DNA of 64,000 bases from Macrostomum lignano (GCA_002269645.1 NIVC01003580.1:1-64000); one strand, 5' to 3'. Shown: positions 49,769-63,330, counted from the stretch's first letter. Program-made: numbers and translations. Notes: generated by a model not told the origin, from the sequence alone.

Positions 49769-52700
49769 CTACCGCTGACCAGCTGCGGCGTTGTCCAGAC
49801 TATCAGTTGACGCCTGCATCACCGCAGGCGCCGGTTCCGGGTCTCGAGCCAGCGGCTCAATGCTATCGACACTGGCAGCCATGTGCGCGTCAGACAGAGA
49901 ATCAATATCACTGGCCGCCATTACAGATGAGTCCATGCTTGTGTCCAGTAGGCCAACCTCTGGTTGGCCGGCAACACCCGCAGCCTGAGACTGCCGCACC
50001 GACGACTGTCGCACCGATGACGCGTCCTCATCGTCGTCTGCTCCGTCGAGACTGTCAGCATCTTGACGATCTTCTTCGGCGCTCTCTGTAGGAGGTGCAA
50101 CAGCTGCTGGTAGATGTTGGCCCTGCGGCTGGAGGCTGTCATCCGACCCGCGAGCTGAAGTAAGAATCTCCTGGATGCGCCTGTAACTGCTGCTTGGCTG
50201 TTCCACGGCTGGAGAAGGAGTCGATGGAGCTGCCGCTGCTGGAGAGCTAGTAACGGCTTCAGCGCCCGCACCTGGCGCTGTAGGTGAGGCGTCCTTTTCT
50301 TGCACCACAGAATCCGGCGAGAGCTCACCTGTAGGCAGTTGACCAGCTTCCAAAGCTTGTGCAATCTTTGATGCTTCCGAGAATAGCTCATCATCCCCAG
50401 CCGATTGTTCAAGCTTTTCAAATTCGGCTAATGATGAAGACTTCGACGAGTCGAGTGCTCCAGCCTCCTCTAGCGGGCTTTCAGGAAGCGGCTGGCGCCA
50501 AAAATCGCCTGGCGAGCCAACTGACTCACACTCCCGTTCAAGGCGCTCAAACTCTACTAAAGACGAGCTGACGGACCTGGGACCCTGATTGACACCCTCG
50601 CCGCTTGAGGATGACTTTTTCAAAGATGATTCGCTTGCCTGTTGAGATATCTCATTCTCTAACCGTTCAAACTCGGCCAAAGATGATGGAATCGAGGACG
50701 AAGTTGACTGATCATCAGCAGACCTTGCTTGGCCTGTCTGAGGGAGCGATGCATTGCTGCTCGGGCTCTTCTTCCTCAGTCGTATCGGCTCGGAATGAAG
50801 ACTGCTGTCGGAGGGTGCCGAACTCACCTTACCTGCTTCATCAGTGCCTGAAATCAGCTCATAGTCTTCTAGAGAGTCTTTTGATGTTGAAAACTCGGAT
50901 AGCATCGGGTCTTGGGCTGTTGTTGCATCCGAGCTGCATGACTGCGTCATTAATTCCGGAAATCGGTCATGCTTCGGAACAACAGTTGTTTGACTCGAAA
51001 CACTAGATGGTTCTGAAATCTCGGAAAACTCCTGCTGCTCTTCCTCGGCTACGATCTCGAAGCCTACTTTCGGAGCCGATCTTGGCACTAGTGGGCGAGG
51101 AATCTGCGACGTTCTTGCTTTGGATGCACTTTGTTTTTCCTCCTCTTTTTTATCTGCATCCGTTTCGGGGGAGCTCTCAGGTGTTTCCTTGAGCTCAATA
51201 ATTGGTGAGAGTATGTTGTCCTCAATGAGAACCTTCTCAATTCCCTTGTTAGTCAAGTACACGTAGGATTCTTCCTGTTCTGTCAACGACTCGGCGGATG
51301 AGCCGGGCTCATCTAGAATGTTAGGATCATCCCTATCGTCGAACTCGGGACCAAAATCCTCTCCTTCCAAAAGTTCGCCCTCCATTTCCAGCAAGTGCTT
51401 CTCAGCTGATAGCTCAGCTTCCAATGCCTTCTCTTCCAGCTCAGGAGTGTCGACAATATCTCCTTTCATTATCTTCACTGCTTCATTTTCAAAGTCGATG
51501 GCCAGTTCCTCTTCGTGTAACGATTGATCCAGCGTTTCCTGAGCCGACCGTTCAAACTCTTCGGACTCGATCTGTTCTGCTGCGCCAAATATAGCGCTCA
51601 TAACAATCCGCTCAGCAAAGGGCTTAAACTCTTTTTCATCCAAGGATACTTTATCAGCGATAGGTTGTGGCTCATCAGGAAGATCAATTTCTTCATATCC
51701 TGGTCTCGATGCAAAACGCAGTTTTCTCTGCAAGTCCATCTTCAACAGGGAGTCATCCGGACTCGGAGACCTCGGACGTGATGGAAAATCACTCAGCTGC
51801 TCAAGCTCGGCCTCAGCGTCAGTATCAGTCGGTCCAAAGCTGGGCAGATCTGAAGACTGTTGACGTGATGAGGTCCATGATGCGAATCCGGTTAGAACCT
51901 CGGCTTGTCTAAGGGCTGCAATTCCTGGCCGCAATGCCTCCGGCGTCTCTAAAAGTCCTTCCGGCTCAAGAACCTCCGCCTCCTCACACTCAGAACTATG
52001 CATTGTATCATGCCCCGCAAGTGTAGACGCTACATCACTGGTAATCGATGCCGAAGCATCAGTACCTTCGTCTTCGCGATGACTTCCCTTCTGCTGATGC
52101 TGTTCTTCTGAGGGTAATGCTTTCGCGTGAGCTGCGTCTTCAGGTTCCATAATCAATATAAAACCACTGTCATCTTGGCTGTGACTATCCTCTGTAGTTG
52201 ATGGCCCAACTACGTGGTCCTGAACACTAATTCCAGAGCTCGGTTGGTCACTAGATCGAGATGTATCTTGGCTCAACGAAGAGATGTCTCTTGGTAGTGC
52301 TCGGCTATCGTCCGATGGCATGTCGAAGCCCTCCAATGTTGTACAAGAGTCCAGCATATTTTGTGGATCAAAAGCCTGAGCATTACGGTCGGACGATGCT
52401 TCAGACGCTTCTTCCTCTTCTTCAGCAATAGGCTCCTTCCAACTGGGCTTGTGGTCGACAACTTCGTCGTCAGATACTGGGCTATTCTCTGGTTCGATTG
52501 GAAACTGACAGCCCTGATCGTCTGGCGTCTCAGCAGCCGAAGGCGGACCTGAATGCCCATAGCTCTCCTCTGATGGGGTTGCTGCAGCGATAGCTTCAGC
52601 AGTTTCTTCGCTGGTGCTTTTTCCCGATTCGAGGGCCAATTCCAAGTCTCTTGGTGGTTTTTTAATTACAGATTCGCACGACTCTGGTGTTGGGTTCTCA

Positions 52701-55302
52701 AGCACAGAGGTCGGTGAAGGTGGACTAGGGCTTGTTGGCTCATCTTTTTCCAAATTTTGAAACACTGGATGCATATGATGAGCGACATGCTGCTTCGGCT
52801 CTGATTCAGTCGCACCAGTAGTACTCTGGTCCCCTTGGACAAGAGGAAAAGCTTCCTTTCCAAAAACAGTGCGCGTCTGATCGGATGCGTGTGAAATCTG
52901 GTCTTTAGGTATGCATGACAAAAGTGTCTCAGTTGAATGAAGAGCTGGTTCTGACCTTTCTGATGGAGTTTGTGCCTTAGGGATCGTTGTAGCTTCCTGC
53001 TCAGGTGTCGTTTTGTCATCAGATAGTGGAAGAGGACTCTTGCCAAGACGCTGTTCAACCGTTTGTTCAGGGGGCTCCTCAGCCGAAACTGGGCTCTCGC
53101 GAAGATGCTGTTGGGAGGGCTCCTCAATCAGAACAGGGCTCTCGCGAAGATGCTGTTGAGATGGCTCCTCAATCGGAACAGGGCTCTCGCGAAGATGCTG
53201 TTGAGATGGCTCCTCAATCGGAACAGGACTCTCGCGAAGATGCTGTTGAGATGGCTCCTCAGCCGAAACAGGGCTCTCGCGAAGATGCTGTTGGGAGGGC
53301 TCCTCAGTCGGAACAGGGCTCTCGCGAAGATGCTGTTGGGAGGGCTCCTCAGTCGGAACAGGGCTCTCGCGAAGATGCTGTTGAGATGGCTCCTCAGCCG
53401 AAACAGGGCTCTCGCGAAGATGCTGTTGGGAGGGCTCCTCAATCGGAACAGGGCTCTCGCGAAGATGCTGTTGGGAGGGCTCCTCAGTCGGAACAGGGCT
53501 CTCGCGAAGATGCTGTTGGGAGGGCTCCTCAGTCGGAACAGGGCTCTCGCGAAGATGCTGTTGAGATGGCTCCTCAGCCGAAACAGGGCTCTCGCGAAGA
53601 TGATGTTGGGAGGGCTCCTCAATCGGAACAGGGCTCTCGCGAAGATGCTGTTGAGAGGGCTCCTCAGTCAGAACAGGGCTCTCGCGAAGATGCTGTTCGG
53701 GTGGCTCCTCTGTCGTAACCGGACGCTGGCGAAGCTCATCAGCTGGTCGAGTGGACTCTTTAGTCGTAACTGGACTCCTGCGAAGGCACTTTTCATCTGC
53801 TGATTGAATTTCCTGCACGGAGCTTTGGCCCATCTTTTGTGCCGCTTGATACAACGGTTGAGACACCAGCGTAGCCTCAGAAATCTGCTGCTTATCGATC
53901 AGACTAGGCTGTTCTCTCGTTAATAGGCTTTTCATAAGTTTGTGACTCTCATGCAATTCAATTGCCGATAATGGTGGATCAGAGCTAGTTGAGGAGGCAG
54001 CTAATTTGTCGAAATCGCTTCCTACAGCTTCTGTTTTTTTCTCCTCGGATGTCGATGCTTTTGGACTGGGATCAATCACCAAAGTTTCAGGTGAAAACTC
54101 CTCCTCCATCTGCTCTGGTATTGAACGGAACACATCATCTGCTTCTGAACCTGGTTCCTCCCTCTCGTCTTTCGTATCTGGAGACTTAGAGCCTGCAGTT
54201 GCCGTTGATGCAAACATACACTCTGGAATATCCTCCTGGATCTTAAAGCCAAACAGCTCAATGTCGCCGTGGATGCCTCTGTATCGGCTGTCAATATCTA
54301 CGGCAGCCTCTTCGATCAGCTTTTCTGCTCGCTGAATGCGCTCGTCAAATCCTTTATCAACGTCGCTGCCCTCCTCTTCCGTAATCCGACCCATTGCCTC
54401 TGACTGCTGCGACAACGGCTCCGTTGGTAAAAAAAGCTTATAAGCGTCATCAGGCGACTGAACAGGACTATCCAACTTCTCTTCCATTTTTCTGGATGAG
54501 TACTCTGAAGATAACAATAAAGAAAATGTAGATTGCTCGTCTTTCACGGGGGAGATAAGTTCTTCGGGTCGAATTCCACCTTCGTGAAACAGCTCCTTGC
54601 GAATAGGAAGGCTGCGAGAGTCTTGGCCTGGACCACCTCGCTTCTCATCATCATCATCTTCATAAGTAGAAGCGCAAGCCGATGATGCGCTGTCAACGTC
54701 AGCAAAACCAACTGCACCCTCTGAGAGCTCATCGGTCGGCGCGTCTGTTTGAAGTGACGAGCCTTCGTCTTCAGCATCAGTGTCTAAGATACCGGATGGT
54801 GCCGTTGTGGTGCTGGCTCCATCTTCATCCTGATCGTCTGTTCGGTCAATTTCCATTGCGCTGGCTCCCTCCTCTGCTTTTGGAAACGACTCCTCCAATA
54901 CATCGCTGCTAACCAACTCGGCTGTCTGACTAAGCACAGGGGACGAGTCGCGCTCCGATGAGGAGAGTTCAAGGGCCGGGTAATCGGCTGGTAGGCTTTC
55001 TTCCACTGGTGTGGAGGCAGCTGTGTCGTGCTGATACAAGTTGCATTGCGACACGGATTTTGATGCGTCGCTGATTGATTTCTCCTCTACTACTGGCGTT
55101 GCGTCGGGCGTGGTGAGCGCACTGTCTATGGCCTGATGCAGCATCTCAGTGCGCACGCCTGCCTCGAATTCGAACGCTCTTAACTTAAGAGCATTAAGAC
55201 TGTGCCTGCGAGCCTCTGCACCAGGGGAGGAGCTTTGGGATTCTTCCATCGCTGAGGTGAGGGCGGGACTCTGGGTTGGACCGGAGGGACCAGCATGGGT
55301 CA
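49769..55302 (-). CDS. Giant acidic exon (~5.5 kb, ~1840 aa) of a probable giant ankyrin
   Basis: Uninterrupted ORF, phase-1 acceptor ttttgccgcag|TG matching the upstream donor; S/E/D/P-rich; three SSLxEFExLE motifs and several DSL[ED] motifs, recalled as typical of invertebrate giant ankyrin tails. The 3' end (donor near 49780 or stop at 49769) is unresolved. Ankyrin identity is inferred because ANK, ZU5 and death domains are not in the window. Confidence 0.7.
53075..53720 (-). repeat. Coding 45-bp repeat, 14 x EEPSQQHLRESPV(PT/PI/SA)
   Basis: In frame within the 49769-55302 exon; degenerate precursor units (CLRRSPVTT, ELRQRPVTT) precede it. Confidence 0.95.
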
Positions 55303-56886
55303 CTGCGGCAAAATGAAAAAAAGTGGATACAGATTTTAGTTTATATGAATTAGTTGGTTGTGATATACGTTAAATTCTTAATACTGACTTTAAACTGGGT
55401 GCGATCAAGTAAAAACTGCTGAGCACTATTTTGCTGCTTAAACAATGAGCTAAAAAAGCAACACTAATGAGGAACACGTATATTGGCCTAACAGACTTGC
55501 GCTAACCTACATGATAATGCGTTGCAGCGGAATAGGCGGATAGAAACATGTTCTGAGTTAAAGATGCAAATGAATGAATGTATTTGGCAGTAAAAGGCAC
55601 GAAATCTTACAATAGCATCGCTAAGGTGACATGCCAAAATTTCGTGCTTAGGCCACTTCAACAACAGCGACATTGACACAGCTGGACTTCTCGAACGCAC
55701 TGACTTTTCTCTTTCTATTCCGGATATAGTTCTATAAACGACATGCAACGCCTAAAGCTTTTATAGGCTAAAATATAAAGCTATACAATATCCTTGAATA
55801 TCTCCCTACTTCACTGGGTCAGTGTCAGTTGCCAAAGTGTAATAATGCTTCATTTCATTCTCAGACAAAGGAGAGCGGCAGTGATTCATGTTGATTCTTG
55901 ACAGAAAAATTATACACGGGTGGATATACTTTATAGGAAAAAAAGTAATCGGCGCGCAAACGAGAAATTCGGCTTCATAAATTTTGACTCAAAAAAGCAA
56001 TTCTACTGAGGCCAAAAAGTAAATATGACCGCCAGGCAGTCTCTAGTGAACTGAGTGTGAAACAGGGGAGAAAGTATCTGATTCTCAATGTCCGTTCTTG
56101 CACACTACAGAGCAGTTAGAGCACGCTTCAAGTCGCTTATTTTCATCCGGCTCTCACTGTGTTTACCGCCCAACCCGAGACGGGCGCCTAGTCAATCAAA
56201 TTCGTGGCGTTGGTTGCCGAAACAAGGGCCGCTAATGATCTAACGGGGTTGCTCCCGTCTGGATATTGATTTTCCTTCTTCCCTTGGCCCGTTACTGCAT
56301 TGGCTGCATACACACTGGTAGGCTTATGCCTGTGCTATTGCTGGCACTCGTGAATCCCTAATGAATGATGTCGCCCGTCTACTTGTCCAACTCTATTTAT
56401 TTGATTGTCACTTTCTGTGAAGCGAAACTCTAATGTAAATAGTGATTCTGAGTACAAGTACAATGAAAGATGAATAAGATTTAGCGAAGTGTTCACTAGT
56501 CCGCTGCAGCTAACGAACGAGTTCTAATGAGAAAACTTAAATGAGAGATTAAAGTTGTTTCATGCACTTGTGGATTAGTTAGTGCAGCTATCAGCAAGCA
56601 CGTGAGGTTATTCAAACGGGAGATTGTGTCTAGCAGATCAGCTCGGCCGTTATATAATATTGTTACTGGGAGAATCACTTCATAATTTGTGAGAATAAAT
56701 CATTAGAATCAAGCAAAGTCGGGATAAGAGAGTTAAACGGGGCTTATAATTTTTTAAATTAATTATCTGTTTAAACTAATCAACTGTTCCGGATTCAGTT
56801 GTTCCAAGATTGTTATGCCTAGAAGTTATGAAGCAAAGCGATTAGTCTGTGCTAGCAAACACATTGATACGCCTTGTGCATCTGAC

Positions 56887-59800
56887 CTTCCAGCAGCTTT
56901 TCTTCCAGATCGCTGTCCTCCAAATCGTCGCTGGATAGTTCGTCAACTTCAACGTCGACAACAAACTTTCCACGCAGCAGAATCTTTCGGTCAAAGGCTG
57001 CGTCAACTATCGAGACCTGATCGCCTGCCTCATTGACTTCGTCCTTACTCTCAACATCTGGCGCTTCTGTGTTGTCCACCAAGACTTCCTCATACTGAAA
57101 ACTTCCTTGATTGATAGGCGAAGCCATCAGGTCACTGCGGCTTCCCATGGCAAGATTTTCTCGACTAGACTCATAATACTGGGCAAACCCTTTCGTCCGA
57201 TTTCGGCGCTTAATTACTGACTTAGTTGTGGTCAATAAACCGTCGTTGTCCACCTCTTCCTCGTCATTCTCGGTGTCTTGATCGCACTCGAACTGCCAGG
57301 TTTCTCGTTTCTGCTGCACCCGATTAACCAGAGTTGCCTCCATGTCTATATCCTCGTCGAGCAGACTACTAAGGCTCTGGCCTAAATTCTCTTCGTTGCC
57401 TCGGTTCTTCTCCTGGGAAAGCACTGAGTTATCTAAAGCATCCCGGTAGTTCTCCAGATCTTCCCAGAGAAACTGCGATGCTGTTGAACGAAACTCGTTC
57501 GAGTCGTAGCAACTACGACGGCTGTAGCTAGGCACAAAATCATTCTCCATCATCTCCAACTCGTACACGATCGTAGTTCTGCGGCTCTCTGTCACGGTCT
57601 CTAGTTGGGTTAGCTCTTCCAATTTGCTTCTCAAAACAGCTGTTGTAGTGCTTGTTTCTTCAACTGTATCCATGCTACTGCTACAATTCGTTTCCTGTTC
57701 TTCCTGCCCGAAACTTCGCCTGACAGTGCCGCTATTTTTATTTTCATTCTGCATTGCCGCTCTGATAGCTGCCTCCGCGTCTGCTTCGTCGCTATCGGTC
57801 AAAGATTTGGTAAAATTGTCCGTCGATTCGTACTCCACAGAATGTGTGTCACGAGCATCTTCGGTTACTAGACTTCTCACTGTAGTTGTGGTAGTTACAG
57901 TGCTTGTTGCAGACAAGCTGGCTGAATTCAACAATGATTTGTCGCTGACTTCCGTGACGATTTTTATGTTTTCGCACGAATCACTCCACCGAAGGGTCGG
58001 GTATCTGTCCAACTCGGAATCCAGGAACTGTGACGCGGTGGAGCGCAGATCTGCATCATCTAGGAGTTTTCCATGCGTGTAGCTGGGAGTTAAATCTTGC
58101 GCATCGTACTCGATCTCATAAATTATTTCTATCTTACTAGTTAAATCAGAAGACTTCATCTCCTCTCCAGCTTCCGCAACAGTCGTTGTTCTTGTCTTGC
58201 GCGAGATCTCGGAATAATCGGAATTCCTCTGAGACGAATCAACACTGACCTTGTCTTTCTTGTCTGTCTTTGATACCCCTTTCCTGATATTGCGTCCGGT
58301 TCGTGCGTCATTTTTTACGCCTGTCGACCGTGTCGGAGTGTTTTCAATTGTCTCCTCCACCAAGTCATCGGGCCCAACTTCGACTATTGTATATGCGTTT
58401 CCAGACTGTCTCGATTGCGTGTCTGGGCCAACAGCGTCTGACTTATCACCGGTTATCTCACCAGTTTTCTCTTGTTGAATAACCTTGCCTGATCTATGGA
58501 CTGATCCAAGGTCAGTACTTTCAATAACAGTGCTAGTGTTAGTTATCTTCCGTGTCACACTCGACACAGTCACACCAGATTTATTCAACTGGTCTGAAAT
58601 TTGTTTCTGCTTATCTGTACATTTCAGTTGCTCCTCAGTCGTCTCAGTGGTAACTCCAGGACACACCTGGATGTCGGTCTCCGATGTCTCAGTGACTTCG
58701 AGTTCAGGGGTAACTCCAGGACACACCTGGATGTCGGTCTCCGATGTCTCAGTGACTTCGAGTTCAGGGGTAACTCCAGGACACACCTGGACGTCGGTCT
58801 CCGATGTCTCAGTGACTTCGAGTTCAGTGGTAACTCCAGGACACACCTGGATGTCGGTCTCCGATGTCTCAGTGACTTCGAGTTCATTGGTAACTCCAGG
58901 ACACACCTGGACGTCGGTCTCCGATGTCTCAGTGACTTCGAGTTCATTGGTAACTCCAGGACACACCTGGATGTCGGTCTCCGATGTCTCAGTGACTTGC
59001 AGCTGCTCCTCTGTCGTCTCAGTGGTAACTCCAGGACACACCTGGATGTCGGTCTCCGATGTCTCAGTGACTTCGAGTTCAGGGGTAACTCCAGGACACA
59101 CCTGGATGTCGGTCTCCGATGTCTCAGTGACTTCGAGTTCAGTGGTAACGCCAGGACACACCTGGATGTCGGTCTCCTTCGAGTCTTCGAGTTTAGGGGT
59201 AACTCCAGGACACACCTGGACGTCGTCGGTCTCCGATTTCTCAGTGACTTCTAGTTGCTCCTCTGTCATCTCAGTGGTAACTCCAGGACACACCTGGATG
59301 TCGGTCTCCGATGTCTCATTGACTTCGAGTTCAGGGGTAACTCCAAGACACACCTGGACGTCGGTTTCCGATGTCTCAGTGACTTCGAGTTCAGGGGTAA
59401 CTCCAGGACACACCTGGATGTCGGTCTCCGATGTCTCAGTGACTTCGAGTTCAGTGGTAACTCCAGGACACACCTGGATGTCGGTCTCCGATGTCTCAGT
59501 GACTTCCAGCTGCTCCTCAGACGTCTCAGTGGTAACTCCAGGACACACCTGGATGTCGGTCTCCGATGTCTCAGTGACTTCCAGCTGCTCCTCTGTCGTC
59601 TCAGTGGTAACTCCAGGACACACCTGGATGTCGGTCTCCGATGTCTCAGTGACTTTGAGTTCAGTGGTAACGCCAGGACACACCTGGATGTCGGTCTCCT
59701 TCGAGTCTTCGAGTTTAGGGGTAACTCCAGGACACACCTGGACGTCGGTCTCCGATGTCTCAGTGACTTCCAGTGGTAACTCCAGGACACACCTGGATGT

Positions 59801-62800
59801 CGGTCTCCGATGTCTCAGTGCTTCGAGTTCAGGGTAACTCCAGGACACACCTGGACGTCGGTCTCCGATGTCTCAGTGACTTCAGATGTCTCAGACTTCG
59901 AGTTCAGTGGTAACTCCAGGACACACCTGAATGTCGGTCTCCGATGTCTCAGTGACTTCCAGTGCTCAGTGGTAACTCCAGGACACACCTGGACGTCGGT
60001 CTCCGATGTCTCAGTGACTTCGAGTTCAGGGTAACTCCAGGACACACCTGGACGTCGGTCTCCGATGTCTCAGTGACTGCTCGAGTCTCAGTGGTAACTC
60101 CAGGACACACCTGGACGTCGGTCTCCGATGTCTCAGTGACTTCCAGTTCAGTGGTAACTCCAGGACACACCTGGACGTCGGTCTCCGATGTCTCAGTGAC
60201 TTCGAGTTCAGGGTAACTCCAGGACACACCTGGACGTCGGTCTCCGATGTCTCAGTGACTTGCAGCTGCTCCTCTGTCGTCTCAGTGGTAACTCCAGGAC
60301 ACACCTGGATGTCGGTCTCCGATGTCTCAGTGATTTCCAGCTGCTCCTCTGTCGTCTCAGTGGTAACTCCAGGACACACCTGGATGTCGGTCTCCGATGT
60401 CTCAGTGACTTCGAGTTCAGTGGTAACTCCAGGACACACCTGGACGTCGGTCTCCGATGTCTCAGTGACTTCGAGTTCAGTGGTAACTCCAGGACACACC
60501 TGGACGTCGGTCTCCGATGTCTCAGTGACTTGCAGCTGCTCCTCAGACGTCTCAGTGGTAACTCCAGGACACACCTGGATGTCGGTCTCCGATGTCTCAG
60601 TGACTTCCAGAGTTCAGTGAACTCCTGGACGTCGGTCTCCGATGTCTCAGTGACTTCGAGTTCAGTGGTAACTCCAGGACACACCTGGACGTCGGTCTCC
60701 GATGTCTCAGTGAGTTCTCCTCGAGTCTCAGTGTAACTCCAGGACATTCGAGGACAACACACTGGGTCTCACTGCTCTGGTCTCCAGACAGTCTGTCTCC
60801 GATGTCTCAGTGATTTCCAGCTGCTCCAGTGGTAACTCCAGGCACCTCCTCGACTCACTGACTTCCAGTTCAGTGGTAACTGCAGGGCACACCTGGACGT
60901 CGGTCTCCGATGTCTCAGTGACTTTGAGTTCAGTGGTAACTCCAGGACACACCTGGATATCGGTCTCCGATGTCTCAGTGACTTTCAGCTGCTCCTCAGA
61001 CGTCTCAGTGGTAACTCCAGGACACACCTGGATGTCGGTCTCCGATGTCTCAGTGACTTCGAGTTCAGTGGTAACTCCAGGACACACCTGGACGTCGGTC
61101 TCCGATGTCTCAGTGACTTCGAGTTCATTGGTAACTCCAGGACACACCTGGACGTCGGTCTCCGATGTCTCAGTGACTTGCAGCTGCTCCTCAGACGTCT
61201 CAGTGGTAACTCCAGGACACACCTGGATGTCGGTCTCCGATGTCTCAGTGATTTCCAGCTGCTCCTCTGTCGTCTCAGTGGTAACTCCAGGACACACCTG
61301 GATGTCGGTCTCCGATGTCTCAGTAACTTCGACTTCAGTGGTAACGCCAGGACACACCTGGATGTCGGTCTCCGATGTCTCAGTGCCTTCGAGTTCAGAG
61401 ATAACTCCAGGACACACCTGGACGTCGGTCTCCGATGTCTCAGTGACTTGCAGCTGCTCCTCAGACGTCTCAGTGGTAACTCCAGGACACACCTGAATGT
61501 CGGTCTCCGATGTCTCAGTGACTTCCAGTTCAGGGTTAACTCCAGGACACACCTGGACGTCGGTCTCCGATGTCTCAGTGACTTCGAGTTCAGTGGTAAC
61601 TCCAGGACACACCTGGACGTCGGTCTCCGATGTCTCAGTGACTTCGAGTTCAGTGGTAACTCCAGGACACACCTGGACGTCGGTCTCCGGTGTCTCAATG
61701 ACTTCGAGTTTAGGGGTAACTCCAGGACACACCTGGACGTCGGTCTCCGATGTCTCAGTGACTTGCAGCTGCTCCTCTGTCGTCTCAGTGGTAACTACAG
61801 GACACACCTGGATGTCGGTCTCCGATGTTTCAGTGATTTCCAGCTGCTCCTCTGTCGTCTCAGTGGTAACTCCAGGACACACCTGAATGTCGGTCTCCGA
61901 TGTCTCAGTGACTTCCAGTTCAGTGGTAACTGCAGGGCACACCTGGACGTCGGTCTCCGATGTCTCAGTGACTTCAAGTTCAGTGGTAACTCCAGGATAC
62001 ACCTGGACGTCGGTCTCCGATGTTTCAGTGACTTCGAGTTCAGTGGTAACTCCAGGACACACCTGGACGTCGGTCTCCGATGTCTCAGTGACTTCGAGTT
62101 CAGTGGTAACTCCAGGACACACCTGGACGTCGGTCTCCGGTGTCTCAGTGACTTCGAGTTTAGGGGTAACTCCAGGACACACCTGGACGTCGGTCTCCGA
62201 TGTCTCAGTGACTTGCAGCTGCTCCTCTGTCGTCTCAGTGGTAACTCCAGGACACACCTGGATGTCTGTCTCCGATGTCTCAGTGATTTCCAGCTGCTCC
62301 TCTGTCGTCTCAGTGGTAACTCCAGGACACACCTGAATGTCGGTCTCCGATGTCTCAGTGACTTCCAGTTCAGTGGTAACTGCAGGGCACACCTGGACGT
62401 CGGTCTCCGATGTCTCAGTGACTTTGAGTTCAGTGGTAACTCCAGGACACACCTGGATATCGGTCTCCGATGTCTCAGTGACTTTCAGCTGCTCCTCTGT
62501 CGTCTCAGTGGTAACTACAGGACACACCTGGATGTCGGTCTCCGATGTCTCAGTGACTTTCAGCTGCTCCTCAGACGTCTCAATGGTAACTCCAGGACAC
62601 ACCTGGATGTCGGTCTCCGATGTCTCAGTGACTTCCAGTTCAGTGGTAACTGCAGGGCACACCTGGACGTCGGTCTCCGATGTCTCAGTGACTTTGAGTT
62701 CAGTGGTAACTCCAGGACACACCTGGATATCGGTCTCCGATGTCTCAGTGACTTGCAGCTGCTCCTCTGTCGTCTCAGTGGTAACTCCAGGACACACCTG

Positions 62801-63330
62801 GATGTCGGTCTCCGATGTCTCAGTGACTTCCAGTTCAGTGGTAACTGCAGGGCACACCTGGATATCGGTCTCCGATTCCTCGGTGAGTTCAAACCGCTCC
62901 TCTGACGTCTCATTAGTTATTACAGGACATGTCTCGATGCTTCCATTTGATGCTTCTCGGTTTGAAACAGCTACATGATAGGGTGTCTCTGTTTGATTTT
63001 TTGTTTTTGATTCATAGGCGCTATCTGTTTCAGAAGTGTTTATTCGCTCCATTGAGGTTTCAGTGGTTTCAATTGTTTCATACTCGGTTTTGAGTGCCTC
63101 TTCCCTTTTGGCTTTTCCATCTTTCATAGGAGTTATCGCCGCCTTGAAGCCGACGCTGGCCTGCGGTTTGTTGAATGGCCCCTCGCCAACTTCATTCAAC
63201 TCGTCGCTCTCAAGGGTGTACTTAGAATCACCGGTTTGCTGAAACTCTTGATCTCTGCTCGACGACTGCTCGTAATAATGATATTCTTTAGTTGTCTCGC
63301 TCTTACCGAATCCCGCCGCTTCGGAAGGAA
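56887..63330 (-). CDS. Second giant exon (6444 nt) of the same gene, containing a long 20/25-aa repeat array; frame broken in 59760-60850
   Basis: Acceptor ttccttag|TT (phase 1) and donor GAA G|gtcaga (phase 1); ORFs 60728-63358 and 56852-59848 flank a zone of truncated, frameshifted units. Confidence 0.75.
58625..62940 (-). repeat. Coding 60/75-bp tandem repeat (ELEVTETSETD[IV]QVCPGVTT, with optional ETTEEQ insert)
   Basis: About 4.3 kb of highly similar units. Confidence 0.96.

Noticed and set aside
58485-62978. Long plus-strand and alternate-frame ORFs (450 aa, 575 aa, RHRRPTSRCVLELP repeats)
   Set aside because: Shadow frames of the 60/75-bp coding repeat; only the ETDIQVCPG frame is continuous with unique flanking coding sequence.
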